Of a stretch of DNA of 64,000 bases, positions 31,090-42,199 are shown piece by piece. The position numbers were made by a program, and so were the translations under genes. The notes beneath the pieces were generated by a model. It was not told the DNA's origin. It searched no databases and saw only the letters and a list, made by a program, of their open reading frames with translations. Source of the DNA: Candidatus Pacebacteria bacterium GW2011_GWA1_46_10 (GTDB lineage: Bacteria; Patescibacteriota; Microgenomatia; UBA1400; PJMF01); the NCBI GenBank assembly GCA_001002135.1, contig LCLP01000001.1, forward strand, positions 142,108 to 206,107, written 5' to 3'. The stretch's first letter is position 1. Each line of letters begins with the position of its first letter.

Positions 31090-32046
31090 ATGTTAGACGC
31101 AATCTTTGCGACCAAATTGGGCATGACACAAGCCTGGTCCAAAAACGGCAAGAGATTGGCTGTAACCCGCTGTAAAGCTGATAGTAATATCATCATTGGT
31201 CAGCAGGAAACCTCGGTTACAGACAAGACTTCCCGTATTTGGCATCAACAACCTCAAACTATTTTGGAGGTTGGTTTTGGTATGAAGAAACAGAAAAATA
31301 TGAAAAAACCGCTCAAGACCCGTCTTACCAAGAGCGGTTTTTCTTTTGGGGTGCGCCAAATTAAGGGAATCCGCCACGAAATTAATGAAGAGTCTCCGTT
31401 AAAAGCCGGAGACTCGCTGTCTTTGGGCCAAGTTTTGGCGGTGGGAGATGTGGTCAAAGTCCAGGGTGTCAGTAAGGGCCACGGTTTTGCCGGGGCGATG
31501 AAGCGGCACGGATTCCACGGCGGGCCAGCTACCCACGGTCAATCGGATCGGGCGCGGGCTGTTGGAGCGATTGGCGCTCATACCTACCCAGGCAGAACTT
31601 GGCCTGGTCAACGGATGCCGGGTCACTACGGAGTGGAAACAAAAACAGTCAGTGGTTTGGTGGTACTCCATATTGACCCAGTCAACAAAGAAGTGTGGTT
31701 GTCAGGGCCAGTGCCAGGTGCCAATACCTCGATCGTCAAGATTGAAAAAACCGGTCAGAAAAAAACAGTGGAGCTTGACTTAGTAGCGATGGGTTTGGCG
31801 TCGGAGGAGGCAGTAAAAGAAGAGACCACCAAAGAGCCAGTCGAAGAGAAAGTTGAAGAAACAGGAACAGCGAAGGTCGAAGAAAAGACAGAGGCGAAAA
31901 AAGTTAAAGAAAAAGCCGGGGAAACAGAGAAAGAAAAAGAAACTGTAAAGTCAGAGACCGTTTCTCAGTCAGCGGCCAAAACGGAGACAAAATCAGCCGA
32001 AAAACCAACAAAAACTGAAAAAAAAGAAACAGAATTAAAAAAATAA
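31090..32046 (+). CDS. rplC: 50S ribosomal protein L3 with ~100-aa Lys/Glu-rich C-terminal extension
   Basis: L3 core runs to ~aa 215, followed by KE-rich low-complexity sequence. Confidence 0.9.
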   Translation: MLDAIFATKLGMTQAWSKNGKRLAVTRCKADSNIIIGQQETSVTDKTSRIWHQQPQTILEVGFGMKKQKNMKKPLKTRLTKSGFSFGVRQIKGIRHEINEESPLKAGDSLSLGQVLAVGDVVKVQGVSKGHGFAGAMKRHGFHGGPATHGQSDRARAVGAIGAHTYPGRTWPGQRMPGHYGVETKTVSGLVVLHIDPVNKEVWLSGPVPGANTSIVKIEKTGQKKTVELDLVAMGLASEEAVKEETTKEPVEEKVEETGTAKVEEKTEAKKVKEKAGETEKEKETVKSETVSQSAAKTETKSAEKPTKTEKKETELKK

Positions 32047-32053
32047 ATAAATT

Positions 32054-32845
32054 ATGAAGCTTACAGTAATTACCCCTACCAGCAAATCAAGCTCGATCGA
32101 AGTGAGCAATCAGGTGTTTGGCCAAAAAGCTAACCCACAGCTGCTGGCTCAGGCAGTGCGCGTGTATCTGTCGAACCTGCGTCAAGGAACCAGCAAGGTC
32201 AAGACTCGCTCCGAGATTAACCGCACTCACGCCAAGTGGTATCGTCAAAAAGGGACTGGTAACGCTCGACATGGTTCCAAAAATGCGCCGATTTTTGTCG
32301 GTGGCGGCATCGCTCATGGCCCCAAGGGTGTCGAGAATTGGGATCGACAGTTGAATCGTAAGATGAAAGCTCAAGCTTTGCGAGTAGCTCTTAGCATGCA
32401 GGTGGAAAAAATTGTAGTAACTGACAACCTCAATGGTTTAAAGGGTAAAACGAAGGAGGCGGCTAAGCTTTTGACGAAGATGTTGGGAACAGACGTGGGT
32501 CGCACTGTCGTGGTGCTGAGTGAAAACTCGTCATTAATGCGGCGAGCGCTCCAGAATATTGATCGGGTTTTACCAGTGGCAGTAGTAGAGTTGACCGCTC
32601 TGCAGGTGGCGCTGGCGGACACCATTGTGTTTAGTAAAAACTCTTTACAAGCGTTGGAAGCAAGGTTGACAGTGAACCAACCAAAAAAAACTGTTGTTGC
32701 TCAGCCGGAAAAAACGGGGCCATCAACCAAAACTGTTAAAAAGGCTGTCGCTAAGAAACCGGCAGTTAAGTTGGCCACCAAAAAATCAACGAGGGTTAGC
32801 AAATCAGTGAGGAAAACTACCCGAAAACGAATAAGCAAGCAGTAA
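32054..32845 (+). CDS. rplD: 50S ribosomal protein L4 with Lys-rich C-terminal extension
   Basis: L4 core followed by a ~55-aa K/T-rich tail. Confidence 0.9.
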   Translation: MKLTVITPTSKSSSIEVSNQVFGQKANPQLLAQAVRVYLSNLRQGTSKVKTRSEINRTHAKWYRQKGTGNARHGSKNAPIFVGGGIAHGPKGVENWDRQLNRKMKAQALRVALSMQVEKIVVTDNLNGLKGKTKEAAKLLTKMLGTDVGRTVVVLSENSSLMRRALQNIDRVLPVAVVELTALQVALADTIVFSKNSLQALEARLTVNQPKKTVVAQPEKTGPSTKTVKKAVAKKPAVKLATKKSTRVSKSVRKTTRKRISKQ

Positions 32846-32848
32846 ACC

Positions 32849-33148
32849 ATGAATCATAAAATAATCAGAAAACCAGTCGTGACCGAAAAGACCATTGCCA
32901 GGGCTAACAGTGACAATGTTTATACCTTTGAGGTGAGCCGCACGGCGGACAAAAATGCTATCAAAGCGGCTATTGAGGAAACTTATGGGGTGACAGTTTT
33001 GGCGGTCAACAACGTGATGCGGCCAAAAACTCTCAAGCGAACCGGCCAAAAACGATTGACTTCACTGACGCCAAAAACGAAGAAAGCCTTAATCAAACTG
33101 AAGAATGGTGAAACAATTGCCCTTTTTGATGTAGGAGGGAGCAAATAA
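32849..33148 (+). CDS. rplW: 50S ribosomal protein L23
   Basis: Recognised as L23 and in the conserved operon position. Confidence 0.9.
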   Translation: MNHKIIRKPVVTEKTIARANSDNVYTFEVSRTADKNAIKAAIEETYGVTVLAVNNVMRPKTLKRTGQKRLTSLTPKTKKALIKLKNGETIALFDVGGSK

Positions 33149-33982
33149 ATGTTAAAGAAAGTCAAGCCCACCACCGCTGGCAGACGACACCGCATCGACC
33201 TGGTGAACAAGTTGGTTCACAAGGGCAGTCCTGAGCGATCTTTGTTGGCAACAGGTCATAAGAAACGTCAAGGAAGAGGGTATAAGGGCAGGGTGACCAT
33301 GCCGCATCGGGGTGGCGGAGTGAAAAGACGCCTGCGGGTGATTGACTGGCGTCGAGAAAAACACGAGGTGGAAGCCGTGGTCCAGCGTATTGAGTATGAT
33401 CCGATGCGCTCGAGCAATATCGCGCTCTTGTACTACCGAGATGGTGAAAAGCGCTATATCTTAGCTCCATTCGGTTTGAAGGCTGGCGAGGTGGTGGTGG
33501 CTGGCAAACGCGTGGAACCAAAGCCGGGTAATGCGATGCCTTTGAAAAATATCCCGGTTGGTATGCCGATTCATAATCTAGAACTGCGTCCCGGTAAAGG
33601 GGCACAACTAGTGAAAGGGGCTGGGGTTCACGCCTTAATTCAGGCTAAAGAGGGCCGCTATGTGGCAGTGCAGCTGCCGTCCAAAGAGCATCGGTTAATT
33701 TTGGCGGAGTGTTTTGCCACTATTGGTCAGGTTGGCAATCAGGAATGGAAAAGCCGCGTGTTAGGTAAGGCTGGGAGAAAGCGGCTGATGGGAATTCGGC
33801 CGACTGTGCGCGGTACAGCCCAAGATCCCCGTTCTCATCCGCATGGCGGGGGTGAAGGACGTAGTGGAGTCGGTTTGAAGCGACCAAAGACCGCTTGGGG
33901 CAGAAACGTGGCTCCGGGCAAGAAGACGCGGAAAGTAAGCAAGAGTAACAAGTGGCTCGTCAAGAGCAGAAAAGTGAAATAA
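33149..33982 (+). CDS. rplB: 50S ribosomal protein L2
   Basis: Recognised as L2 over its full length. Confidence 0.95.
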   Translation: MLKKVKPTTAGRRHRIDLVNKLVHKGSPERSLLATGHKKRQGRGYKGRVTMPHRGGGVKRRLRVIDWRREKHEVEAVVQRIEYDPMRSSNIALLYYRDGEKRYILAPFGLKAGEVVVAGKRVEPKPGNAMPLKNIPVGMPIHNLELRPGKGAQLVKGAGVHALIQAKEGRYVAVQLPSKEHRLILAECFATIGQVGNQEWKSRVLGKAGRKRLMGIRPTVRGTAQDPRSHPHGGGEGRSGVGLKRPKTAWGRNVAPGKKTRKVSKSNKWLVKSRKVK

Positions 33983-33986
33983 AGCT

Positions 33987-34271
33987 ATGAGTCGATCAAG
34001 TAAAAAAGGACCCTTTATCGAACCAAAGCTGCTCAAAAAAATCATGAAGCAAAAAGCGGCCGGTGATAAAACGCCGATCAAAACTTGGGCTCGCCACAGC
34101 GTGGTTGCCCCCGAGTTTGTCGGTCACACGCTCTTGATCCATCAAGGGAAGAATTTTGTGGAAGTCTTTGTCTCAGAAGCGATGGTCGGACACAAACTCG
34201 GGGAGTTTGCGCCCACCAGAACCTTCCGCGGCCATGGGAGAATCGTTAAACGGGTATTAGCGAAGACGTAA
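33987..34271 (+). CDS. rpsS: 30S ribosomal protein S19
   Basis: Recognised as S19 over its full length. Confidence 0.95.
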   Translation: MSRSSKKGPFIEPKLLKKIMKQKAAGDKTPIKTWARHSVVAPEFVGHTLLIHQGKNFVEVFVSEAMVGHKLGEFAPTRTFRGHGRIVKRVLAKT

Positions 34272-34292
34272 ACTATCGATCATTAAACTGAC

Positions 34293-34769
34293 ATGTTAAT
34301 TACGGCAGAACAAAAAAATACCAGACAATCACCGCGCAAAGTGCGGTTGGTGGTGAATGTGGTGCGCAAAGTGCCGCTGGAGCAAGCGCTCAAGCAGTTG
34401 GCGGTGATGGAAAAGCGCGCGAGTTTGGTAGTGACCAAAGTCATTCGTCAGGCCATTGCTAACGCCTGGCATAATCACCACATTGCGTTTGGTGATTTGA
34501 CCTTGAAGAACATTACCGTCAATGCCGGTCCAGTTTACAAGCGCTGGCAGGCAGTCAGCCGTGGTCGAGCGCACAGTATTTACAAGCGCACGTCACACAT
34601 CAAGGTAGTGTTGGAAACAAAGGCGGCCGATACACCAGTGGCTGTGAAACCAGCTGTTAGTGACACTGCAGTCAGCAAGCAGCCGGGACCAGCAATCGCG
34701 CCCAAAAAAACGGCGAAAAACAAACCAAAGCAATCAACAGTAACAAGTCAAACACAGAGGGCAAAGTAA
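34293..34769 (+). CDS. rplV: 50S ribosomal protein L22 with C-terminal extension
   Basis: L22 core followed by a ~45-aa tail. Confidence 0.9.
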   Translation: MLITAEQKNTRQSPRKVRLVVNVVRKVPLEQALKQLAVMEKRASLVVTKVIRQAIANAWHNHHIAFGDLTLKNITVNAGPVYKRWQAVSRGRAHSIYKRTSHIKVVLETKAADTPVAVKPAVSDTAVSKQPGPAIAPKKTAKNKPKQSTVTSQTQRAK

Positions 34770-34773
34770 CATC

Positions 34774-35424
34774 ATGGGACAAAAAGTTAATCCAACCGGC
34801 TTTAGATTAGGCAATATTTTCTCCTGGAAATCGCGTTGGTTTGCCAAGCCTGAGGAGTATTCGGATAAAGTCTTGGAAGATCACCGGCTGCGCGAGTACT
34901 TCAACCAGAAATTATCCAACGCTGGTTTAGTACAAGTAGATATTGAGCGCTCGATCAGTAAGCTGCGGATTGTCTTAAATGTCTCTCGCCCAGGTGTGGT
35001 GATCGGTAAAGGTGGGGCAAATTTGGAAGAGATTAAAAAGGAAGTGGAGCGGATTTTAAACGTTTCAAAGACGAAAAAAGAACAGGTTCATGTGGATCTA
35101 AAAGTGGAAGAAGTAAAAAACCCTGATTTGAGTGCCAAATTAGTGGCTGAACGAATTATCAATCAGCTGATCGGCCGCTATCCACATCGTCGGGCGGTCA
35201 GTCAGGCACTGGAAAAAGTGATGGCAGCAGGAGCGAAAGGTGTTAAAATTCAGCTTTCCGGCCGCATCGGTGGAACAGAAATTGGTCGCACGGAAAAATA
35301 CTTCCAGGGTAGTATTCCGACGCAAACCCTGCGGGCTAATATTGATTATTTCGAGGCTCCGGCCAAGACTCGCTCAGGGTATGTTGGGGTTAAGGTCTGG
35401 ATTTACCGAGGAGAAGTGGTTTAA
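34774..35424 (+). CDS. rpsC: 30S ribosomal protein S3
   Basis: KH domain and S3 C-terminal domain are recognisable. Confidence 0.95.
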   Translation: MGQKVNPTGFRLGNIFSWKSRWFAKPEEYSDKVLEDHRLREYFNQKLSNAGLVQVDIERSISKLRIVLNVSRPGVVIGKGGANLEEIKKEVERILNVSKTKKEQVHVDLKVEEVKNPDLSAKLVAERIINQLIGRYPHRRAVSQALEKVMAAGAKGVKIQLSGRIGGTEIGRTEKYFQGSIPTQTLRANIDYFEAPAKTRSGYVGVKVWIYRGEVV

Positions 35425-35451
35425 GAAAGAATTTGAGGAATTAAAAACACT

Positions 35452-35856
35452 ATGTTGCAGCCGAAAAAATCAAAATACCGCAAGCAGTTTCGAGGGAAGA
35501 ACCGCGGCAAAGCCTATCGTGGCAATGAGTTAGCGTTTGCCGAGTTTGGCCTCAAAGCCGTCACCGGCGGTTGGGTCTCAGCCAGAGAGATCGAGGCGGC
35601 CCGTAAAAAAATCACCTATGTCACCGAGCGGGTGGGTCGATACTGGATCCGAGTTTTTCCGGATAAGCCGATCACTCGAAAACCGGTGGGGGTGAAGATG
35701 GGTTCTGGCAAAGGTGCGATTGAAGGCTACGTGGCGGTGGTGAAACCAGGCATGATCTTATTTGAGTTGAGCGGGGTGACGGAAGAAATGGCTCGCTCTT
35801 CGTTTGAAAAAGCTGGTCACAAATTGTCGGTCAAAACCGTGATGGTCAAGAAGTAA
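35452..35856 (+). CDS. rplP: 50S ribosomal protein L16
   Basis: Recognised as L16 over its full length. Confidence 0.95.
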   Translation: MLQPKKSKYRKQFRGKNRGKAYRGNELAFAEFGLKAVTGGWVSAREIEAARKKITYVTERVGRYWIRVFPDKPITRKPVGVKMGSGKGAIEGYVAVVKPGMILFELSGVTEEMARSSFEKAGHKLSVKTVMVKK

Positions 35857-35868
35857 CAGTGAGTATGT

Positions 35869-36117
35869 ATGAAGAAACAAGAGAGACAAACACTGACTGA
35901 GAAAACCAGCGCCGAGCTTGTAAAGCTGCAAGTTGAACTACAACAACAGCTGACCAAGGCGCAGCTGGAAAAAAAGGCTGGCAAACTGAGTAACACCAGT
36001 TCAGTCAAAATGTTGGCTGACGATTTGGCCAGAGTCAAAACCGTGCTGCGACAGCAAGCCCTGACGGCGAGCAATGATCAAAAGGTAGGTAAAAAACAAG
36101 AAAGCAAAAAGGAATGA
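35869..36117 (+). CDS. rpmC: 50S ribosomal protein L29
   Basis: Recognised as L29 and in the conserved operon position. Confidence 0.85.
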   Translation: MKKQERQTLTEKTSAELVKLQVELQQQLTKAQLEKKAGKLSNTSSVKMLADDLARVKTVLRQQALTASNDQKVGKKQESKKE

Positions 36118-36347
36118 GAACACTGCAAGGAATGGTCACCGCTTTAAAAAGAGAAAAAACCGCCACGGTAGTGGTCACTCGTTTATGGCGTCATCCTCTC
36201 TATCAGAAATCAGTCAAGCGCAGTAAGAAATATGCTTGTCACTGGGAAAACATGGAGTTGAAGGTGGGTGACTTAGTAGAGATCGCCGAGACCAGACCAA
36301 TCAGCAAAACGAAACGATTTATCATTACGAAAAAAATAAAGACCTAA
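36114..36347 (+). CDS. rpsQ: 30S ribosomal protein S17
   Basis: Recognised as S17 over its full length. Confidence 0.9.
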   Translation: MRTLQGMVTALKREKTATVVVTRLWRHPLYQKSVKRSKKYACHWENMELKVGDLVEIAETRPISKTKRFIITKKIKT

Positions 36348-36348
36348 C

Positions 36349-36723
36349 ATGATACAACTACGATCAGTCCTTCCAGTAGCTGATAACAGCGGCGCCAAAA
36401 AGCTGCGGGTGATTCAAGTCTATGGTGGTTCACGTCGCCGCTTTGGTTCTGTGGGCGATGTAGTGATGGCTTCAGTGATTGACGCCGATCCGAACAGTCC
36501 AGTTGCCAAGGGCTCAAAAGTCCAGGCGGTGATTGTCCGAACGAAAAAGGAAAAACGCCGCGCGTCGGGTGAATATATCCGCTTTGATGATAACGCGGCC
36601 GTCATTATTTTATCCCGTACGCAGCTTGATCCAGTCGGCACTCGGGTTTTTGGGCCGATCGCGCGGGAAGTAAAAGAAAATGGCTTCCACAAAATTGCCA
36701 GTTTGGCACAGGAGGTCTTGTAA
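36349..36723 (+). CDS. rplN: 50S ribosomal protein L14
   Basis: Recognised as L14 over its full length. Confidence 0.95.
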   Translation: MIQLRSVLPVADNSGAKKLRVIQVYGGSRRRFGSVGDVVMASVIDADPNSPVAKGSKVQAVIVRTKKEKRRASGEYIRFDDNAAVIILSRTQLDPVGTRVFGPIAREVKENGFHKIASLAQEVL

Positions 36724-36725
36724 CT

Positions 36726-37073
36726 ATGAAATTAATGGTTGGTGATACAGTACTGATTACGGCGGGTAAGGATCGCGGCAAAAAAGGCGAGATCATTCGG
36801 GTAATACCAAAAAAAAGGTTGGTGGTGGTGGCGGGCATAAACTTATACACCAGACACGTTAAACCCTATGCCGGCCGGTCAGGTGAAAAAACTACCCGTG
36901 AGCGACCACTGCCACTCTCGAAAGTGGCGATCATCAATGAGAAGGGTCAACCAGATAGAGTGGGTTACGTGGTCACTAAGGATGGCAAGAAACAGCGAGT
37001 CTTTCGTAAAACCGGCACCGTTATTGCAGTCAAGCCAGCCGCGTCGAAAGGGAAAAAGGCCGCGAAAAAGTAA
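36726..37073 (+). CDS. rplX: 50S ribosomal protein L24
   Basis: KOW motif present and recognised as L24. Confidence 0.9.
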   Translation: MKLMVGDTVLITAGKDRGKKGEIIRVIPKKRLVVVAGINLYTRHVKPYAGRSGEKTTRERPLPLSKVAIINEKGQPDRVGYVVTKDGKKQRVFRKTGTVIAVKPAASKGKKAAKK

Positions 37074-37117
37074 AAAATAAAAGCTATTTGAGAAAAATAA
37101 TTTGAGAAGATAAAAAT

Positions 37118-37690
37118 ATGAATCGACTGAAGGAAAAATACCAACAGACAGTTAGACCAGCTCTTCAAACAGAGTTTAATCACGACAATCCGCTTGCCGC
37201 CGCTCGCATTACCAAAGTGACGGTGAATATGGGAGTGACTCGTCCCGTTGAGGCCAGTGAGCGGGAGAAAGTGGTGGAGAATGTGGTGAAACAATTTGCA
37301 GTGATTACCGGTCAGCATCCGCAAGTGACTAAAGCCAAAAAGGCAGTCGCTGATTTCAAGTTGCACCAAGGTGATCCGCTGGGCGTGATGGTGACCCTGC
37401 GGGGCGAGAAAATGTGGGAGTTTTTGGATAAATTGGTCTCGATCACCCTGCCGCGAGTCAAAGACTTTCGCGGTATTTCAAAGCAGGCCTTTGACGGCCA
37501 GGGAAATTATAGTTTGGGTTTGGAAGAGCAGATCGTGTTTCCCGAAATTGACTATGACCAAATCGAAAGTGTGAGAGGGTTACAAGTGAATATTGGGACG
37601 AGTACCAAAAGTGATCAGGAAGCCCTCCGAATGTTGGAGTTGTTGGGTTTCCCGTTTGAAAAAGAAGAAATAAATCAGGAAGGAAAGTAA
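37118..37690 (+). CDS. rplE: 50S ribosomal protein L5
   Basis: Recognised as L5 over its full length. Confidence 0.95.
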   Translation: MNRLKEKYQQTVRPALQTEFNHDNPLAAARITKVTVNMGVTRPVEASEREKVVENVVKQFAVITGQHPQVTKAKKAVADFKLHQGDPLGVMVTLRGEKMWEFLDKLVSITLPRVKDFRGISKQAFDGQGNYSLGLEEQIVFPEIDYDQIESVRGLQVNIGTSTKSDQEALRMLELLGFPFEKEEINQEGK

Positions 37691-37701
37691 GGGTAAAGCA
37701 T

Positions 37702-37932
37702 ATGGCAACTAAAGCAAAAATTGCGCAAACAAAGCGACAACTAGCAGCTCGAGAGCGGTATCTTAAGTCAGGGCTTAAAAAGCCAAATCGTATCGCCACT
37801 CGTGGAGTGCATCGGGATAAATTGACCGGTCGACCGCGCGGCTACATGCGCTACTTTGGCTTAAGTAGAATTACCTTCCGAGAACTGGCGCTCAAAGGTG
37901 AGTTGCCGGGAGTAGTAAAGGCAAGCAAATAA
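37702..37932 (+). CDS. rpsN: 30S ribosomal protein S14 (short, Cys-free form)
   Basis: C-terminal motif [32 protein letters not shown] matches S14. 76 aa with no Zn-binding cysteines. Confidence 0.85.
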   Translation: MATKAKIAQTKRQLAARERYLKSGLKKPNRIATRGVHRDKLTGRPRGYMRYFGLSRITFRELALKGELPGVVKASK

Positions 37933-38321
37933 TGACAGATCCGATCGCAGACATGCTCACCAGAATCAAAAACGCGCTGCTGGCGCGGCATAAGGAAGTG
38001 GTGATTCCTCACTCTAAGGTGAAGGAAGCTATCGCTCAGATTTTGGTCAAAAACAACTATGTCACTGAAGCCAAAGTGGTAAAACGACAACCACAGTCCG
38101 CGTTGGTATTAACACTTGGTTACGAGCAGAAATGGCCTAAGATCACTGGGGTAAAGCGGATTTCCAAGCCGGGTCGGCGGCTCTATACCCCGGCCAGCCG
38201 AATTCCGGCGGCCCTCAACGGGTACGGCATCACCATTGTATCAACCAGTAAGGGATTATTAACCGATAAACAGGCGCGCCAGCTCAATGTTGGTGGCGAG
38301 CTAATTTGTCAGATTTGGTAA
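37932..38321 (+). CDS. rpsH: 30S ribosomal protein S8
   Basis: Recognised as S8 over its full length. Confidence 0.95.
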   Translation: MTDPIADMLTRIKNALLARHKEVVIPHSKVKEAIAQILVKNNYVTEAKVVKRQPQSALVLTLGYEQKWPKITGVKRISKPGRRLYTPASRIPAALNGYGITIVSTSKGLLTDKQARQLNVGGELICQIW

Positions 38322-38327
38322 GGAAGA

Positions 38328-38876
38328 ATGTCAAAAATCGGCAGAACACCAATCAGCTTACCGCAGGGAGTGACCGCTACGATCACCTCTACGGCGGTCG
38401 TGATTAAGGGGCCCAAAGGGGAATTGACAGTGACACTGCTACCGGGAATCACGGTCAAACAGGAGGGCAATGAACTAGTGGTGACTCGTCAGAGTGACGC
38501 CCGCCAGCAGCGCGCCAATCACGGTTTGATTCGCAGTTTACTAGCTAACAATGTCCAGGGAGTGACTGAAGGCTACAAGAAAACTCTAAAGTTGGTGGGA
38601 ACGGGTTATCGGGTGAGTGTCAAAGGAGCAGGACTCTCAGTGACGGTTGGTTTTTCTCATCCAGTGGAGATCGAGCCGGTGCCAGGGATTACTTTGTCAG
38701 CTGAAGGGAACGACACTATTCAGGTGGAGGGCTTTGATAAACAATTAGTTGGTCAAGTAGCGGCTAATATTCGCGCCATTCGACCACCCGAGCCTTATCA
38801 GGGTAAAGGGATTCGTTACGAAGCTGAGGTAGTCAGAAAGAAACCAGGAAAAACTGTCACGGCCGCCGCCGCTTAA
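38328..38876 (+). CDS. rplF: 50S ribosomal protein L6
   Basis: Recognised as L6 over its full length. Confidence 0.95.
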   Translation: MSKIGRTPISLPQGVTATITSTAVVIKGPKGELTVTLLPGITVKQEGNELVVTRQSDARQQRANHGLIRSLLANNVQGVTEGYKKTLKLVGTGYRVSVKGAGLSVTVGFSHPVEIEPVPGITLSAEGNDTIQVEGFDKQLVGQVAANIRAIRPPEPYQGKGIRYEAEVVRKKPGKTVTAAAA

Positions 38877-38882
38877 TAAACC

Positions 38883-39242
38883 ATGTCAAAAATCAGACAC
38901 AATACAACACGAGTAGAGAGAAAAATCGCCCGCATTCGCGGCAAGCTGTTTGGCACACCACAGCGCCCGCGGTTGACGATTACTCGTTCGCAACAACACC
39001 TTTGGCTACAGGTGGTGGACGATGAACAGCAGATCACGGTAGTATCAGCCAGTGATGTGGGTAAAAAAACCAAGCTTACCGGTACTAAAAGTGAGCGAGC
39101 AACTCAGGTGGCTCAAGATTTACTGAAAAAACTACAAAAGGCCAAGATTAAAAAGTTGGTGTTAGATCGCGGGCCGTACAAATACCACGGCCGCATTAAA
39201 GCAGTAGCAATAGTCCTTCGTGAGGGGGGAATAGAGGTATAA
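38883..39242 (+). CDS. rplR: 50S ribosomal protein L18
   Basis: Recognised as L18 over its full length. Confidence 0.9.
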   Translation: MSKIRHNTTRVERKIARIRGKLFGTPQRPRLTITRSQQHLWLQVVDDEQQITVVSASDVGKKTKLTGTKSERATQVAQDLLKKLQKAKIKKLVLDRGPYKYHGRIKAVAIVLREGGIEV

Positions 39243-39247
39243 GTCCT

Positions 39248-39880
39248 ATGTTTGAAACAGCGCGTCATACACCGGAAGCCAAGGAATTTGAAGAAAAAGT
39301 GATTCAGATCTCTCGGGTATCCAAAAAAACCAAGGGCGGTAACCAAGCCGGTTTTTCCGTGCTGATGGTGGTCGGTGATAAAAAAGGCAAGGTTGGTTTA
39401 GGGTTGGGGAAAGCTGGTGACGTATTGTCGGCTATCAAAAAAGGCATCAAAAAAGCTAAGAAAAAGATGATCACCGTGCCCCTGGACGGGACGACGATTC
39501 CTTTCAAGATGGAAGTTAAAGAAGGTGCTGGTCGGGTACTCCTCAAGCCCGCTCCCAAGGGGACCGGAGTGATTGCCGGCGGTCCGGTCAGAGCGGTGGT
39601 GGAAGCGGCTGGTATTCGCGATATTTCCGCCAAGATTTTGGGCAGTGAAAATCAGGCCTCCAGTGTTTACACGACCTTCAAGGCACTGGCGCACATGCAG
39701 CGGCTGGTACGTATTAAAGGGATTAAACTGCGCTCGATTGTGGAGATTGAACGAGAAGAAAAAGAGAAAATGAAGAAATTGCAGGAGAAAGCCAGAGCGC
39801 AAATGCCCGCACCGGCCGAAATTACTCCAGCCAAACCCAGTAAAAAACAGGCTCAAAGAGTGAAGGCAAATCGAAAGTAA
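39248..39880 (+). CDS. rpsE: 30S ribosomal protein S5 with Lys/Glu-rich C-terminal extension
   Basis: S5 core followed by a ~45-aa KE-rich tail. rplO follows directly, with no L30 gene between them. Confidence 0.9.
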   Translation: MFETARHTPEAKEFEEKVIQISRVSKKTKGGNQAGFSVLMVVGDKKGKVGLGLGKAGDVLSAIKKGIKKAKKKMITVPLDGTTIPFKMEVKEGAGRVLLKPAPKGTGVIAGGPVRAVVEAAGIRDISAKILGSENQASSVYTTFKALAHMQRLVRIKGIKLRSIVEIEREEKEKMKKLQEKARAQMPAPAEITPAKPSKKQAQRVKANRK

Positions 39881-39882
39881 TC

Positions 39883-40320
39883 ATGTCTTTATTACACCAA
39901 CTCACCAAAATCATGGTTCCTGGCCAGAAGCGCTTGGGGAGGGGGTATGGCTCTGGGAAAGGTGGTCACACGGTTGGCCGTGGTCAAAAAGGTCAAAAAT
40001 CCCGCAAAGGGAAGCCGATTCCGTTGTGGTTTGAGGGCGGTCAACTGCCGGGCGTGAAAAAATACCCGATGATCAGAGGCAAGAGTCGCTTTAGTGTGTT
40101 AACGCCGACAGCTGAAATTACGCTGACTGATTTGGAGAAACTGTCAACCAATATGGTTACTTTGGAGACTTTAAAACTACACAAGGTGATTGACCGACGC
40201 TTTAAAAAGGCCAAGATTATTTATAACGGCAAACTGACTAAAAAGCGTCAGATTAAAGGAATCTTAATCTCTGCCAAAGCTCGACAAGCGGTTGAGAAGC
40301 TTGGCGGATCGGTAGAATAA
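39883..40320 (+). CDS. rplO: 50S ribosomal protein L15
   Basis: Recognised as L15 over its full length. Confidence 0.9.
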   Translation: MSLLHQLTKIMVPGQKRLGRGYGSGKGGHTVGRGQKGQKSRKGKPIPLWFEGGQLPGVKKYPMIRGKSRFSVLTPTAEITLTDLEKLSTNMVTLETLKLHKVIDRRFKKAKIIYNGKLTKKRQIKGILISAKARQAVEKLGGSVE

Positions 40321-40325
40321 TAGGT

Positions 40326-41612
40326 GTGTTAGAAACTGCACTGCAAAAAATTCGAGCGATTTTTACTCATCCGGAGCTACGCCGTAAACTGTTGTTTACT
40401 GCCGGTATTTTTCTCATTTTCCGTTTATTGGCTCATATCCCGGTGCCGGGAGTTGATGTGGCTCGGTTGCAACAATTGTTTGCCGGCAATCAATTCCTGA
40501 GTTTACTGAATATTTTTGCTGGTGGGACCCTAGCCAACTTTTCATTGGTGGCGGTGGGTATCAACCCCTATATTACTGCCTCGATCGTCATTCAACTGGC
40601 TGGGATGGTGTTCCCATCCATCAAGGAGTTACAGAAAGAGGGTGAGTCTGGCCGGGCGAAGCTCAATCAGTACACTCGTCTCTTGACTGTGCCGTTTGCC
40701 ATTGCCCAAAGTATTTCGATTATCGCGCTTTTAAATTCTCAGGGCTTGCTGATTGCTCAGCACGTTTTGGTAATGGCGGCCATGGTACTCTCGATGATCG
40801 CCGGAGCGATGATCATGCTTTGGCTTGGTGAATTGGTTTCGGAATATGGTCTGGGGAATGGTATTTCGATGGTGTTGTTTGCCGGCATTGTCAGCCAGAT
40901 GCCAGTGGCGGTCGGACAAACCTTAGCGGTAGTCACCTCACAGGAAGTGCTGACACTCTTGACCTTTGGCGGTATTTTCTTGGGGTTAATTGCTTTAATC
41001 GTCTTCATTAATGAGGCAGTGAGAAAGGTACAGATTCAGTATGCCAAACGCATCCGGGCTGGCAAACTGTTTGGCGGACAGACCACTCACCTGCCCATCA
41101 GGGTTAACGTCGCCGGGGTGATGCCGATTATTTTTGCCGTGACCTTGATGCTGGCTCCGTCGTTTGTGGGCCGGGTGATGGCCGCCTCTAGTAACCCAAC
41201 CCTGATTACTTGGGGTCAGCGACTCTCACTGTGGTTTCAGCAAACTTCACCGGTTTATTTGATTGCCTACTTTTTACTCGTTTTCGGTTTTACCTATTTC
41301 TCAGCGCTGATCTTTTTTAACGCCGGAGATATTTCAGAGGAGTTGAAAAAAAGCGGGGCTTTTGTACCTGGGATTCGGCCTGGCGGCGCGACCAAGAAAT
41401 TTTTGGAGTATGTGGTGGTCAGGATTACTTTGGTGGGGGCCGTTTTTTTGGGGGTAATTGCGCTGCTGCCATCATTAGCTCAGATCTTGACAGGTTTGCA
41501 GTCATTGGCAATTGGCGGCACCAGTGTTTTAATTGTGGTTTCGGTCATTTTGGAGACTGCTAAACAAGTAGAAAGTATGCTCGTTGGTCAAGACTATCAA
41601 AAGTATCAATAA
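40326..41612 (+). CDS. secY: Protein translocase subunit SecY
   Basis: 10-TM SecY topology with conserved motifs. Start codon is GTG. Confidence 0.95.
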   Translation: MLETALQKIRAIFTHPELRRKLLFTAGIFLIFRLLAHIPVPGVDVARLQQLFAGNQFLSLLNIFAGGTLANFSLVAVGINPYITASIVIQLAGMVFPSIKELQKEGESGRAKLNQYTRLLTVPFAIAQSISIIALLNSQGLLIAQHVLVMAAMVLSMIAGAMIMLWLGELVSEYGLGNGISMVLFAGIVSQMPVAVGQTLAVVTSQEVLTLLTFGGIFLGLIALIVFINEAVRKVQIQYAKRIRAGKLFGGQTTHLPIRVNVAGVMPIIFAVTLMLAPSFVGRVMAASSNPTLITWGQRLSLWFQQTSPVYLIAYFLLVFGFTYFSALIFFNAGDISEELKKSGAFVPGIRPGGATKKFLEYVVVRITLVGAVFLGVIALLPSLAQILTGLQSLAIGGTSVLIVVSVILETAKQVESMLVGQDYQKYQ

Positions 41613-41632
41613 CCACCGGGAAGGAAAAAAGC

Positions 41633-42184
41633 ATGAAAATTGTTTTAGTGGGCATTCAGGGGGCGGGTAAATCCACCCAGGGTAACATGATGTCAGAGAA
41701 GTTGGGTGTTCCATATCTCTCGTCAGGCCATATTTTCCGCGAGATGACCAAAGAAAAAACCAAGCTTGGTCGCTGGCTCAAAGAAACGCTCAATTCCGGT
41801 GCGCTGGTGCCAGATGACACAGCTGTTGAGATTGTGATGGAGTATTTGAGCAAACCAGAGTATCAAAACGGCTATATCCTTGACGGCTTTCCGCGCACCA
41901 AGGCTCAAGCTGAAGTCTTGGACGGAGTGATTGATATGGTTTTTTTGATTGATGTCTCGGATAAAGAAGCCCTGTGGCGAATTTCTGGTCGAGTGAGTGA
42001 TCGGGAAGATGAAACGCTCCAGGCTATCCGCAAGCGGATTGCTCTTTTTCACGAGCTGACGAGTGAAGTCTTGGATTTTTATGACAAGGAGAGTAAGTTA
42101 GTCAAGATCAATGGTGAACAGACGGTTGAGGAGGTTTTTGCCGAGATTATGGCGGCGGTGGAGCGTTTTAAAACTCAGGCTTAG
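41633..42184 (+). CDS. adk: Adenylate kinase (short LID, no Zn cysteines)
   Basis: P-loop GIQGAGKSTQ and the NMP-binding and LID regions are present. Confidence 0.9.
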   Translation: MKIVLVGIQGAGKSTQGNMMSEKLGVPYLSSGHIFREMTKEKTKLGRWLKETLNSGALVPDDTAVEIVMEYLSKPEYQNGYILDGFPRTKAQAEVLDGVIDMVFLIDVSDKEALWRISGRVSDREDETLQAIRKRIALFHELTSEVLDFYDKESKLVKINGEQTVEEVFAEIMAAVERFKTQA

Positions 42185-42199
42185 TAGAGCCCCTGGGTT